From positions 1 through 58,361 of the forward strand of contig NIVC01004143.1 of the NCBI GenBank assembly GCA_002269645.1: a stretch of DNA of 58,361 bases, in the 5' to 3' direction. The notes under the pieces are model-generated. The model saw only the letters and a list, made by a program, of their open reading frames with translations, was not told where the DNA came from and searched no databases. Origin of the DNA: Macrostomum lignano (taxonomy: Eukaryota). Below, piece by piece: positions 23,546 through 37,206 of this stretch (position 1 is the first letter of the stretch; each line of letters starts with the position of its first letter). Both the position numbers and the translations under genes were made by a program.

Positions 23546-26500
23546 GCCAATTTGTTGCCTCCCTGTTGTGCGGTATAAAATAACATTACTACTGAAACAA
23601 TGCAGTATAGAACTCACATTCACCGATCTGAGCTGATTCACCTCTGGTTGATGCTAGAAAAATGATAATGAACGAAATTATTATCACCATGATCAACATG
23701 TATCGCTCAATGGAACTGACTCTGTAATTATTGAAATTCCATTGAAATTTATAGCAGCTAAGTCAATTTTGCCTTTATTTATCTCAACAACCGCTGGTCT
23801 GAATTCAGCCTCAAGCTTTACTAAATTTGTCTATAAATCTCTATAGCAATCGACAGATTTATAACGACAAGATCAACTAACGTATAGTTAACAAAGTTTA
23901 CTTTCAATTATTTTAGTCGCTTGTTGCCTCGGTATCTTAACGTTAAAACTCAGTTCAAGGCATTATTAAACTCCTTAATTAGTTGCGTTGGAAGCTGAGA
24001 ATATTCATTTGTTACTAATAATAATATGATAAATATTACTCGTAGAACTGGTGCAAACTTTGTCAGTCTGTTTAACCCATTATCGAGTTTGTATCTACAG
24101 CTTTACAGTGTATGAATAATAAACGTGTACAGTACTTGCATTCTAAATAAATACTTTGCACATGCGTTAATTTAATTTCAGCTTTCAACAGAAAAATAAA
24201 GTTTTTTTGTAACATGGATATTAATGTGACAATTTCTATGATCCGCCACAGATTTAAAAATGCTTTGATAATTAATATAACAGTTAGAAATCTGAAGTTT
24301 TGAAAATTATGAAATGCACAGACGCAGTGAAGGGAGGCAGAAAATCACAATGGAACCCCCAGATAGATATTAGAAGGGCAAACAGAAACAGCATTAAGAC
24401 AATTAATCAACTGTCAAGTCAGATATGAATGACCGAATCTAATAAAGCTTCTTTCCATTCCAGTAAGTATAGCAACACCCCGCCGCAGGTGTTTCTCAAA
24501 TGTGGCGCTCAAACCGGCCGGGAGAAGCGAAGCGAGGAGAGGCCCGACTTATCCAACGAAGTCAAAAAAACGATCGGCCCTTGGCACGCGGCAGAATCTG
24601 GCGAACACTTAAGGAGAATCAGACGGCCCGCCCACTGCACGGAATCCTATTCAACCTGGAGGCGATATCAACCCCAAGAAGCTTGACAACCGAGGGAGAG
24701 AGCAGACGGTAATATCAAGTTAATCAACCATGGACAGGGTTACGAGAAATGAAAACTAAGCTCTTTTTCTGTAATCTCTCTATCCCAAATTTTATCCAAC
24801 GCAACACAGACTTACAAAACCCTGAATGATCTCTAACCCACACACTTAACAACCTACTGGAACTAACTAAATTCGTGTACACCACTAGAGGACTGAGTCC
24901 CAGATTTTCTATTGCTTAAACCCCCGCCGTTGCTAACCACGCGAAGACATCCCACCGGCGGGGGTGGGTAAAAATGCCAATGTGTATAAAATAGATACCC
25001 ACAGGCACTGCTCAGTTTCGGATCTAGTAACCTGCTCTGTTTATATTGGTTTCTGGGTTTTCCAGTTGGCGCAAATCCAAGTCTTAAACTTCTCATCTGT
25101 CTTAAGAGCTATTGAAGGCGAGATATTTCGAGTGACATAATTATTTCAGCCTGAGTACTTGGAGATCCCGTCAGTTTATACGGTTTTCTCTGACTGCCTG
25201 ATACAGTAATTAAGGAGCTGTAAGAACTGCATGTGACGGTGGACTTTGTGGAAAATTTCATTGTTTTTATTATCTTTTTTACTATACATGTGCTTATATA
25301 AATTTTCATTTGTCAGTGATGTGCTTAAGTATTTTATTGTACACTCACGCACCCCCAATCCTGCACCTCTAATCATGTACGTTGCTATCGATAACTCAGC
25401 GCCTTTCGCCCTTCGCTTGACTAATGCATAATTTATACTACTTTTAGTTTTAATGTTATACTTTGACAAATAAAAGCATTACTCTGGTCACACGTTCATT
25501 AGAATATAAACTTTATGTAAAAACATTTTATTGCTTAAATTTGCGTGTACATGTACGATGAAATTTGTTGTGGCATGCAGCACACGTTTTACCCACCGAT
25601 TTCCAAAGACAGTCACGTGCTACTGCAGAGTCATACATATGCACTGTATATGAAATGTTTATTCTTTACTTTAATACTGTACTCCTTGTATGATTTACGA
25701 CGTGATTTACGACGAACAAAAAGATTAAAATATAAAAACGTTGTGAAAGTGCAAAAACCCGTCAAATGTACTTTTAAAGTGCATTTCAAATATTTGAAAA
25801 AAATGGCAGTATATAGATAATTGCGCCAAAGCCAATCTTAGGCAAATCTTAATTTAGACCCCAGGCACAATATTTATGCATTCCACTTAGATAAGATTAA
25901 TAACAGCCAATTGGGGTTTTTGATTCCTTTATTAAGTGTTCATGTGAAATTGTGTCTAATGGCCTTTTGGTGAATTAATCAGTAAAAAGAAATGAGGTCG
26001 GGGACCCCGGTAATAAAAAGAATCATTTAAATGCGCTCGTCTTTTATCACTTTAAAAAAAAAGCCAAAATTTTGATTTAATTTTTATATGAAAAATTTTT
26101 TATATGATCTTATCTTTAAAAAACAAGAGCAAAATTTATTTAACATTTTTTTGTTTTAAACACCCGATATTTAACGGGCATTTGAAGCATCTTTTAGTTA
26201 TCTTGTCACGCACGCACGCATGCACTCTAATAATTCTGGGTGGTGTACACTGTAGGCATAATTTATAGCTTCTAGGTAACTTTCACCTAGAATTTTGCGA
26301 CCTCACTTTCACAGGGTACTGTCCAGTTCATTAAGACACAAGTCGAACCCTTGACAACTTTAGTAGCATTCAAGTTCTATAACTGTCATCGATTTTATCG
26401 CTTACCTAAATTGGTAATTGTACTAATTGCTAACATAAATAAAATTTACAAGTACATTGTGATCTGTGCCTATTATATTTATTAAATAAAATAGGCCTTG

Positions 26501-27882
26501 CCCTGCCTGCCACTTAGCTTAGAATTTTTCTAATAAAAATTTGAGAGACTTAACAGCTCTATATTTATTGCTGGAGGAAATGGACTTGGGTTTCCAAAGT
26601 AAGTATCTACCTTGGGACTGGGGTCTTATTCTTGTTAAGTCTTAGAACTATGTTTGTGCCCTAAGGCTAAAGGCTAAACCAAAAGTGTAATATATGGTTT
26701 TTTCTTTGCATTTTTAAATCTTAGGTATAAAATAAGCCAAGTCTACTATTTATCTAATATTAAAAAGAATATAATAATTAATATTTATAATAACATAGAT
26801 ACTATGGCCTATGCTATTTAAAAATGGTCTAAAATCTCTTATGAAGTTTATGTAATACAATCTTATTTGTAGTTCTAATTAGGTTTGAAAAACATATATG
26901 CATGCATGCCCAACACCTGTCTAACCTATCCAAACTAGATCCAGGTGAAATGGCCACTGGCCAAGGTAAGTTGCTAAATCAAAAATGTGAAAAACAAAAA
27001 AATTGGGGGGGAAAGAAGAAGAAAAAGGAAAAAAAGAAAGAGGAAAGAGAGAGGGGAAAGAGAGAGAAGAAAAGAGAAAAAGGCAAGAAAAGTCATAGGC
27101 CCTATACAAAATAAGGCCTAAAAACTAAGTTGCAATTATATATAGGTAAGTCACAAATTTGGACAAATCTAAGTTGCATTAGATAGGTGAAATTTTAAGG
27201 CTTGGCATATATGTTTGAAAATTAATGACCTTTAAAAAATTACAAATTAAAGGCATTTAAAGACAAAGCCATTTACTCAAGCCTTGTCCATAGTCAAGAA
27301 TGTGGCCTTAGCAGGTATAGGACAGTTTAGTAATAGACAAGTTGATAACAGACAATTCAGTAACATTATAGAAAATTTAATAATAAAGGCTTAAAAATTC
27401 AATAACAAGATTTTATTTTGAGAGTAACATTATTAATTGCACAAAATTCTATATCTCTGGCCTAATTGGCCAAATTTTGTCACTTTATCTGTCATAGATA
27501 TTGTTAAACAATATTATTTTGTTTAAAAAATATTCTAATCTCCATGATATACAATATTTAATAGCATTCAAATTTTTCACAAATGTATATACATGAATGA
27601 AGTTTCTTCCATTTGAAATAAAGAAAACAAACCCAAGGCATTAGGAACAACTAAAAGTCTAAGCATCTTTTATAGTTTGTGTTGCAAAGAGTTGTGTTCA
27701 AAGAGTAAATCTAATTAAGTTAGCACACATCAATTGTTTTCTGATAGAGAACAATATAACAAAAAGCATATTTTATCTGCTATATAGGCCTATATTATAT
27801 AGATAAGACAAGTTAAGACAATAGCAGCATATATGTGCAGTTTCCCCTAATTTGCATTGGCCATATAATTTACTTTTTGACT

Positions 27883-27987
27883 AAAAATGCAAACCATCTA
27901 TGAAAAAACCATAAAGCAAAAATTAACACAAATTTGGTTAAATAGCAAAAATAATTATGACTATATTATTAAGGCTAAATGCCTCAT
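27883..27987 (+). repeat. ~105-bp dispersed direct repeat, copy 1
   Basis: AAAAATGCAAACCATCTATGAAAAAACCATAAAGCAAAAATTAACAC...GCCTCAT recurs at 31661-31765 with a few substitutions. Confidence 0.85.
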
Positions 27988-28163
27988 AATACGAGTATAA
28001 TTAATATTACACTTATATTCTTTGGTAGGGAGGCATTTTTGTGATTTGCAAGTTCTGCAAATATGAATAGCAGTACATAGAAACATCAATAGAAAGTATA
28101 CATATGCAATTACCTTCATTTCAATTGGCTGTATGACTTACTTTTTTACAAATATTAAACTTA

Positions 28164-28184
28164 TCTCTACCTATAAAAATCAAA

Positions 28185-28217
<33 letters not shown>

Positions 28218-28860
28218 CTGTCTGTGTGTGGACAATTTTGATTGCTATGGACTCCCAAACCGCTCAACCAAATTACACCAAACTTTACACCCACCCTAAA
28301 AACACTACGGAGAATGTCTTAGGCTACCTTTTAATTTCCTAGACTCAAGTCTTCCTACCTAAAAGTACAAAAAACTGCTCAAAATGCGCGATTTTTTCAC
28401 TAAATCCTCCATAGCGCCGCTCGACTTCTACCGATTCTCTTCAAATTTGACACAGGCAATTTTAAACTATTTTGACACAATCGTGTAAAATTTCAAATCT
28501 CAAAGTTAATCCTGAAAGCCGCTGTGCACTTTTAAAGTTAGGCTGTTTTTTTCAGCGTAGCAACCACCCCAACCTCCGCCCGCCTGCCTCTCTTTCCGAT
28601 ACCGTTCTGGGCCCAGATGTGTAAAAGGGTTTCAAAATTGACTAACTTTCAGCTGCCATAAGTTTGCTTCACATAAAGCAATTGACTTCAAACTTGACAC
28701 AATTCTTCATTGACCCATTCACTATCTAAATATAAAGTTTCAACTCTGTAACTCAATTGAAAAAAAAACTGTAAGCATGTGAAGTTTGTCTGCTTTTTCT
28801 GTTGTTTGTGCCACTCACTCACTCATTCCCCCAGAGCGAGACAAAGGGTCAGGCGATAAG
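28164..28860 (+). mobile_element. Probable non-autonomous Helitron/HINE-like element
   Basis: An A|TCTCTACCTATAAAAATC start, a (TG)n/(TCTG) tract, then GCTATGGACTCCCAAACCGCTCAACCAAATT-type sequence, a layout typical of Helitron-N elements. The 3' CTRR end and hairpin were not located, so the end coordinate is approximate. Confidence 0.4.
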
Positions 28861-29414
28861 ACTGAATGTACATAGCAAATGTACAGTGTTTTGGAATAAC
28901 TTTATTTATAGCCTTCTCTGCACCCCGAGAGTGGAGAGGCTACGTTTAGCCATGACAGTTTAGTGAGAAATTCTAACCACAGCCCTCCCCTCTGTATTGG
29001 CAAACTCTGCAGCAGTTTAACAGTGGATGGCAAATCAAGGCAATCCAGCATGGTTTGTAAAAGCGAAAGATTTATGAAAAGGCGATGCAATGCAATAAAA
29101 CCCTACTAAATTAGTCACAGTCACACCATGGAGATTTTAAGTTTCTCTTAAAAGTACTTTGAAATTGAAATGGCCTCCTAAAAATGTGTATTTCCTTGGT
29201 TGTTAGACTGATGCAGACTGCAGTGGAGCTGAAGATACAAAAATTCTTTTCAGGGCTTGCAAATTGGCAAGAAAGATGACATATCAAAGCATGAGAACAG
29301 CCATGAGAGTACTACGTCCCACAAACTGGCTTTCCAAGCAGGAATGGGCAGACTTTTACCTCTAAGTCCAGAAAAGAATCCAGCTTATGGCTGAGGGGCA
29401 GTTGAGAGTGGGGA

Positions 29415-30236
29415 GAAGAAGGAATAGACTATTCGAAAAGAGAGGAGAGGTGAGAGAGGGAATAAGAGATAAGATAAAAGATAATAGGAGAGATGAAGGA
29501 GTGAGGACGATGAGAGGAGAGAGTAGAGAGGAGCGAGTAGAGAGGAAAGAGTAGAGAGGAGCGAGTAGAGAGAAGAGAGTAGAAGAGCGAGTAGAGGGGC
29601 GAGTAGAGAGGAGAGAGTAGAGGAGCGAGTAGATAGGAGAGAGTAGACAGTAGAGTAGATAGGAGAGAGTAGACAGTAGAATAGCGAGTGGAGAGGAGAG
29701 TGTAGAGGAGCGAGTAGAGAGGAGTTAGTAAAGAGGAGAAAGGAGAGATAAGAGAGAGAATGGAAGAGAGAAGAGATAAAGTTGTACAGATGAGAGAGGT
29801 GTAAGGAGAGATGAGAAATGAGAGATGAGAGATAAAGGAGGAGAGTGGAGAGAGAAGAGACGAGACATGGAGAGAGTATATAGAAGAGGGAAGAGAAGAG
29901 AAGAGAAGAGAAAAAAGGAGAAAGGAAAGTGAGGAGACAAAAGAGGTGAAAGAAAAGAGTACAGAGGACAAAATGAGAGAACATTAAGACAGTAAAGATG
30001 ACAGATGAAAGAGGGGGGATGAGCTGAGAGCAGAGACGAAAATGAACAGACGAGAGATAGGAGAATAGAGAGAACAGAAGAGAGATAAGAGAGAAGAGAT
30101 TACAGAGACGAGAGGAGAGACAAAGGGAGAGAGAAGTGAGTGAGGCGAGAGGAGAGAAAAGAGGAGAATGGAGGGGGGAAGCAGAGAGAGAGGGGGGAAG
30201 CAGAGAGAGAGGGGGGAAGCAGGAGAGAGAGGGGAA

Positions 30237-30317
<81 letters not shown>

Positions 30318-31020
30318 AAAGCAGAGAGAGAGGGGGGAAGCAGAGAGAGAGAGGGGGGAAGCAGAGAGAGAGGGGGAAGCAGAGAGAAATGAAAATAGAT
30401 AAAAGAGAAGAGAGAGAAGAGAAAGGAGAGATCAGAGAGCAAATAAAGACAAGAGAGAAGAGAGGTGAAGGAAAAGATGAGAGAATTGAGTGCGAGGAGA
30501 GGAAAGAGAAAAGAGATGAGATAAGAGAGATGAAAAAGAAGAGAAATGAGGGAAGAGACGAGAGAAGAGGGGAGAGAGGAAAAAGAGAAAAGAGGAGAGG
30601 AGAGAGAGCTCAGAGAGGAGAGAAGGGGGGAGCAAAGAGAGAGAGAGGGGGGGGAAGCAGAGAGAGAGAGAGGGGGGAGAAGCAGAGAGAGAGGGGGGAA
30701 GCAGAGAGAGATGGGGAAGCAGAGAGAATTGAAAATAGATAAAAGAGAAGAGAGAGAAGAGAAAGGAGAGATCAGAGAGCAAATAAAGACGAGAGAGAAG
30801 AGAGGTGAAGGAAAAGATGAGAGAAGAGTGCGAGGAGAGGAAAGAGAAAAGAGATGAGATAAGAGATGAAAAAGAAGAGAAATGAGGGAAGAGACGAGAG
30901 AAGAGGGGAGAGAGGAGAGAGGAAAAAAAGAAGAGAGGAGAGGAGAGAGAGCTCAGAGAGGAGAGACAAGGGACGAGAGAGAAGAGAGGAAACAGAAGAG
31001 AAGATAGAAGTTTCAAAGGA
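29415..31020. repeat. GA-rich low-complexity region with a pure (GA)n core (~30238-30310) and an internal duplication
   Basis: Almost exclusively purines on the + strand. The block around 30390-30600 recurs around 30730-30950. Confidence 0.95.
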
Positions 31021-31097
31021 TCCAAGGGACGTAGGGAGAGTCAGAGGCAGAGGCCAGAGTTTGCCAATACATGTTTTAGAGTCAGACAGACATTAAT

Positions 31098-31371
31098 CAT
31101 ACATGCGCAACCCCCCTGATTTACACTGGCCATGCGACTTACTTTTTGACCAAAAATGCGACTTACCTGTGACAGAAATCCTATAGCAACATTAACGCAA
31201 TTCTGGGTAAACGGCAGGAGTAACTATGACTGTCTTATAAGGGCTAAATGCCTCGTCAAATTAGTACTACGTCTGTATTCTTTGGGGTGGGCATTTTTGC
31301 GACTTACCCCTGGTCCACCACAATTTACGGTGGCCAGATCGGCCAGGTCGGCCAGCAGTTGCGCATGTATG
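31098..31371. mobile_element. 274-bp MITE with 14-bp TIR (hAT- or P-like)
   Basis: CATACATGCGCAAC at 31098-31111 and its reverse complement at 31358-31371. CATTAAT flanks both sides (31091-31097, 31372-31378). Internal TGCGACTTAC motif occurs three times. Confidence 0.85.
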
Positions 31372-31660
31372 CATTAATTGCCTATTTAAAGTAAAAGCAC
31401 CCCTAGCCAACAATATCAATGTTTGCCTCACATCCTAATTGTACGCGAATGTACTCCATTTTGTTTACCTTTATCCTACTAACTAACTATTAACAAGTTT
31501 TTGTTTCAGTATGGGCTCAGATTTCAGAATACATGCAAAAGTAGTTCCGGGGATTGGAATTCCCCGGGTTCAAATTCCGCGGGTTTCAACAGCTTGTATA
31601 TAATATAAACCTTGATCAAAGTAACTCTAGGTGAATAGCAAGAGTAACTAGGTGAATAGC

Positions 31661-31765
31661 AAAAATGCAAACCATCTATGAAAAAACCATAAAGCAAAAA
31701 TTAACACAATTTTGGTTAAATAGCAAAAATAACTATGACTATTTTATTAAGCCTAAATGCCTCAT
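31661..31765 (+). repeat. ~105-bp dispersed direct repeat, copy 2
   Basis: Matches 27883-27987. Confidence 0.85.
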
Positions 31766-32153
31766 TATCTAAATTAGTAATACCAATTTTTGGGTAGGCC
31801 TAGGCATTTTACCTTTCTTAGCTAAACATTTGCCAGTTAGCCAGATTGGCTAAATGTTGTGCATATATAATCAATAGTATAAAAATACCTTTTTCTATTG
31901 TATCATAAGTGATATATTGTATCACTTCTAACTAAAGGGCCTTGCAGTTTAAGTTTTACCATTAACATTATATCAACATAGCATTGATTTTTAAATTAGA
32001 GTAGATAAAATACAATATTTTGTTTAAATGGAAATGAGTATAAATGGAGACTCCAATATTATTTATTTATCATTTAATCTATTAGAACTTAGTGATATAA
32101 TCATCTTGGCATCTCATTTATGAAATTTGGTCAAATTGTTAAAACATAGTGTA

Positions 32154-35100
32154 TGTTTGGGAGGTAGATTAGTAGCATTGATTTTCTTTCCAATTCCACT
32201 GCGTGATTTAATGTACGTGTTTATTATTCAATTTTCTATGTACGCTGATTTAGCCCAGGCCCATCTCACCCACCCCCCTCCACGCTGGCTGATTCTGACT
32301 GACTGCAATAAATATATCATCGAGAGGGCTTATTAGCCCTGTGTACGGTTTACGCTTTTCGTTTTGTTAGCGTCTCGCTTGAGCCTCAGCTCCAAAATAG
32401 TTATTGGCGGACCATCGGTCTTTTCATTTCTACAGTACATTTTGGTAGCAGAGCGTGGTTGGACAAGCCTAACTTACCACTGACGTGGCAAGCAATAGAA
32501 CCCTACTGTGAAACGAAGGACCAGGATGGACAGTGACGACGCCAATGAGCAGCAGCAGCAGGAAGCCCAAGACGATGCCGGCGCCCTACGTTTAGAGAAG
32601 CTGCGCTTCGAGAAATCCCGAAAAAAAGCAGCGTTCACTCGTTGCAAAAACAAGCTGTCTTGGCTGTTAAAGACGCACGCCTCTGATGACGAAGTGCAAG
32701 TTGCCTGTGACGCTCTGTCAGACCTGCAAGATCTGGTCAGCGCCATCCAGGAAGAACTGCATGAAGGCTACGCCGACGCCAAGGACAACGAGAGGCGACA
32801 GCGCCTACTAGACGAAATGGAGGAGACGGAGCGCGACTACCAAGCTGCCATGCAGCGCGTCGAAAGCGCCAGAAACCGGAGATTGCAGCGCGCCAAAGAA
32901 GCTCCTCCTGCCGCGAGCTCAAGCGGTGAGAACGCTGCGGGTGACCAAGAAGAAGCAGCTGGTGAGTTACACAAACTTTCTGGCAGTGCTGCGTCCAGCA
33001 AAGGATCCAACCCGAAGGAGCTTTCAAAGGATTTGTGGAAGATGCTGAAGCGTGTTGAAATCCCAACGTTTAGTGGAGAAAAGCAGAAGTATGAAAACTG
33101 GAAGGCAGCCTTTGTTGCGTGCATCGACAGCGCCCCTGCAACACCAGAATTCAAGTTGCTGCAGCTTAGGCAGTACCTCAGCGGTGAAGCTTTGAAGGTT
33201 ATAGAACATCTAGGACACTCTGCTGCGGCATATGAAGCTGCAAAAGAGAGATTAGAGAGAGAATTTGGTGGACAGCGTAGGCAACTTGCTCTGCACTTGG
33301 AAGAGCTGGACAGCTTCCCGATCGTGCGAAATGGAAACGCCAAGGATCTGAAAAGCTTTGCTAATCTACTGGATGTGGCTGTCGTTAACCTTGAGGATGC
33401 GGGTAAAGAGGCAGAGCTTCAAGATGGGATGTTGTATGTGAGGCTGCAGAAAAAGTTGCCTGAGCAGATGGTTGCCAGCTACCGGAGGTGGATCTTTGAG
33501 CAGCGGAAGCCGGAGAGTGTTAGAAATCTGAGAATTTGGGTGCTGCAAGAAGCAGAGTTTCAGACTGAAGCGTCAGAGATTGTGCAGGGCGTTGCCACCA
33601 TGCAGCAGGAGCGTCAAAAGCGAGAGCAGCGACCAAAGACTTTCGTTACTACGGACAGTGACAAGAAGGTACAGCGAAAGATTTGCATTGTTTGTCAAGG
33701 TGATCACGAGCTGTGGTCCTGCAGTGAGTTCAAGGAGCTTCCGGTGGAAAAACGCTGGGACGCGGCGCAGAGCTCGAAGTGTTGTTTCCGGTGCTTGGGC
33801 CAAGGACATCTTGGCAGCCAATGTCGGCGTGGTCGTCTGTGCGGCATCAGCAGCTGCACAAAGTTCCATCATCGCCTGCTTCATGCAGAAAAAGTGTTGG
33901 CCAAGTCTGGTGAAGCGAAGCAGACTGCATCCAAGGACGCTAAATCCGCTTCCAGTTCAGGAAAGACTGGACCGGTGACGCTTCTGTCGGCTGGTGAAAC
34001 GGCAATCTCGCTACGAACGGTACCTGTAGTCCTACGGAACGGGTCCCGGAAGCTGAAGGTGAATGCCTTGCTCGACGATGCCAGTACCAGGAGCTACGTC
34101 AACATCGGGATAGCAGAAGCGCTTGGAGTGCATGGAGCGCTCGAAAAGGTGAAAGTCGGAGTCATCAATGGCCAAACAGAGACCTTCATGACAGCCCCAG
34201 TCTGCTTTAGCTTGGAAAGTCTGGATGGTCAGACCAGCTCAATGATCGTCGCCTTCACCGCTGATCACGTGACTGGGTCCCTCAAAGGCGTCGACTGGCA
34301 CGAAGAAGCGCAGCAGTGGCCTCATCTGAGAAATGTGCCGTTTCCGAAGCTGTGTGAGCCTGCAGTAGTGGACTTGCTGATTGGTGCTGATCACCCGGAT
34401 CTTCACGTGTCTCTCAAAGAAATCGTCGGACAGCCGCTGGAGCCAAAGGCGCGCCTGACTCCCCTGGGTTGGACGTGCATCGGTCGCACAGAGCAGGACA
34501 ATTCTGAGATGCAGAACGCCCATTTTGCTGCCACTTTCTTCAGCTGCGATTCCGAATCTGGTCAGGTGGCTAAGATCCTGCGGCAGTTTTGGGAGATCGA
34601 GAACGTCTCAGAAGGTGCCAATCGAAGTCCGCTGACCGCCGATGAGGAGAGAGCCGTCCAGCAAGCCAAGTCGTCGCTAAAGTACACGAAGGGCCGTTAC
34701 CAGATCGGGATTCCATGGAAAAAGGATCGGCTGGCTCCAGCAGGCACTTTCTCAATGGCCTTGAAGCGACTAAAGAACACCGAACAGCGGCTGATTAAGG
34801 ATATGAACGTCTGCAAGCAGTATCAGGAGATCCTTGAAAAGTATGAACAGCAAGGTTATATCCGAAAAGTGTCGCAAGCTGAGACTGAAGGCCGCTGTTT
34901 CCTGCCGCACTTCCCAGTGCTGCGGCCAGACAAGGCTACGACAAAAGTGCGAATAGTCTTTGATGCATCGGCTGCCAGATTGAACGACCAGATCCTCCAG
35001 GGCCCCAAACTGCAGAGGGATTTGGTTGACGTGCTGCTTCGGTTCCGCCGACACCCGATTGCGATCGCATGCGACGTAGCGGAAATGTATCTCCAGATCG

Positions 35101-37206
35101 AGATGGACCGAAGGACAGGCCGCTGCACAGTTTCCTTTGGCGGGACGCCGATCCTTCAAAGCAGCCGGATGTCTACGAGTTCAACAGAGTGGTGTTCGGC
35201 GTCACCAGCTCTCCGTTCTTGGCACAGTTCGTTACCCGCTGCCATGCTGAAAAGTCAAAAGGTGAGCTTCCAGAGGCGGCCGAGACAGTACTGCACTCTA
35301 CCTATATGGATGACAGCCTGGACTCTGCGCCCACCGAGGCAGCCGCCTGCAGGCTGTACGATCAACTCAGTGAGCTCTGGAGGCGCGCCGGCATGCACGC
35401 GCGCAAGTGGGTCTCGAACTCGAGAGCTGTGCTCGATAGAATCCCACCTGAAGACCGTGCAGCAGAAGTTACCTTGGACAGCAAAGAACTACCAAGCACC
35501 AAGACACTGGGTGTCACGTGGCAGAGTGAGCAGGACGAATTTACCTTTAAAGATGAAAACGAGTCGTGTCAGGTGACCACAAAAAGAGGTCTGCTGAAGA
35601 AGCTAGCGAGCGTCTTCGATCCACTTGGACTGATCTCCCCGTTTGTCGTGCAGGCGAAAATTCTGATGCAGGAGCTTTGGCAGTCAATCTGGTCAATTCT
35701 GAGGGAGACGGACGTCACCGATGAGGAGCTGCTAAGCGCGTTTGCTGGAGCAGAGGCACTTCTGAATTCAAGGCCGCTGACGTACCAGACGGCGCATCCG
35801 AGTGATGATGTGCCGCTGACGCCGAATCACTTCCTTATCGGGCAAGTCGGCGGGAAGTTTGCACCGGAGGTCGACGCTGCCATCGCCCGCAGTCCTTCAA
35901 GAAGATGGCGTCACGTCCAGCAGCTGGTGTCGCAGATCTGGCGCCGGTGGTTGCGCGAGTGGCTGCCGGGACTCGCACCGCGGAGCAAGTGGCGCCGCGA
36001 GCTGCCTGACCTACAACCTGGAGACGTGGCGCTGCTGGTGAGCCCGGACTCGCCTCGGGGTCACTGGCCGCTGGCTCGCGTGCTGGAGGTCATGCGCGGT
36101 TCGGACGGTCACGTGAGAGTCGCCTCAATCAGAGTCGGTGATCGCACAATGACGAGACCAATAACAAAGTTGTGTCCAATATCTGCAGGTTAGTTTGCGA
36201 ACCTTTGCTAGAGAATTAGACTTTGTCAGGTTTCGCAATTTTTCTGATGAGTTGTTCAATTTTCCTGTTTGTTGCATTGTTCGTAAAGTCTTCTTTCCCT
36301 TTCATGCTAATAGGAATCACCCTGTTTTTGCCGTCTTAACCCAATTTTCGCTTTCAGTGTTCAACGCGATTAACATTCATTATTTAGCTATTTATTTTCT
36401 TGCGTGAATTTTTGCTGAATAGCAGTTGTTACGGTTTAGTGAATTTGTCGGCAAGTTTGTCTTTTGCGTTTTTTGAGTTTTTTACGAGCGATGTTTGCAT
36501 TATTTGAGCTCTACTTAATATTGCTTGATTTTCTGCGCTTAGAAGTACCATAGTTTATGCGCCAGTTCCGACCTTTTGATAGCCCAATGCTTACAATTGT
36601 TGTTTCAGTTTTTGTTTCAGTTGCGTTTGGTGGCGGAAGTCTGCGTTCGTGTTCAATTTTGAAATTTTATATGATAGCTGACGTACTTCTGCAAAATTTT
36701 CGATTGTCATCTACGATCTGCGTACTTATCTTCACCTTTTGCTCTAATTTTCTACCATTCACAATGTCGCCATCAATGTTTCATGCAACGTTGTTTTTTT
36801 GCTTTTTGAGTTCGATTTTGTATCACGCATCGTTTTCGAATATTTTCCTATTACCGTATTCGTTTTCATTGTTTCATCCCTCGAATAGTTTTTGTCATTG
36901 TTATGCCAAGGTGGGGGGTATGTTTGGGAGGTAGATTAGTAGCATTGATTTTCTTTCCAATTCCACTGCGTGATTTAATGTACGTGTTTATTATTCAATT
37001 TTCTATGTACGCTGATTTAGCCCAGGCCCATCTCACCCACCCCCCTCCACGCTGGCTGATTCTGACTGACTGCAATAAATATATCATCGAGAGGGCTTAT
37101 TAGCCCTGTGTACGGTTTACGCTTTTCGTTTTGTTAGCGTCTCGCTTGAGCCTCAGCTCCAAAATAGTTATTGGCGGACCATCGGTCTTTTCATTTCTAC
37201 AGTACA
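32154..37206 (+). mobile_element. Bel/Pao LTR retrotransposon, 5053 bp, internally deleted
   Basis: 286-bp LTRs TG...CA at 32154-32439 and 36921-37206. GTGTA target duplication at 32149-32153 and 37207-37211. PBS TGGTAGCAGAGCG at 32443 (tRNA-Met-like). Polypurine tract before the 3' LTR. Confidence 0.97.
32508..36193 (+). CDS. Bel/Pao gag-pol polyprotein (frameshift at ~35107, in-frame deletion at ~35683)
   Basis: Gag with three Cys/His knuckles (CIVC...H...C, CFRC...H...C, CGISSC...HH), protease LLDDAS, RT motifs VRIVFDAS and YMDD, SVFDPLG, and integrase C-terminus LNSRPL...PLTPNHFL...RPITKLCP. Confidence 0.93.

Larger units (their letters stand above)
19300..23699 (-). pseudogene. Receptor paralog C, disrupted by a mariner insertion in exon 2 and a 5-bp deletion in exon 4
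   Basis: Exon 1 23699-23618 is a signal peptide (MLIMVIIISFIIIFLAST). Exon 2 is 22785-22595 plus 20838-20796, 234 nt once the element is removed, the same length as gene B exon 2. Exon 3 is 20696-20452. Exon 4 is 20364-20267, 98 nt versus 103 in A and B. Exon 5 is 20203-19865 (WSCQNC). The TM exon is 19614-19523 and exon 7 is 19431-19300. The 3' end is not resolved. Confidence 0.8.

Noticed and set aside
24430-24720. GC-richer segment vaguely like a Penelope GIY-YIG end
   Set aside because: No GIY or YIG motif and no hammerhead core (CTGATGA...GAAA) could be shown.
26902-26944. Candidate EMC2 first exon (MHAQHLSNLSKLDP, phase 1 donor)
   Set aside because: Length and phase fit, but there is no recognisable similarity and it would need an 11-kb intron. 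A chance match is likely.
29385-31096. Leu/Ser-rich and Glu/Arg-rich ORFs
   Set aside because: Translations of the GA/CT low-complexity tract.
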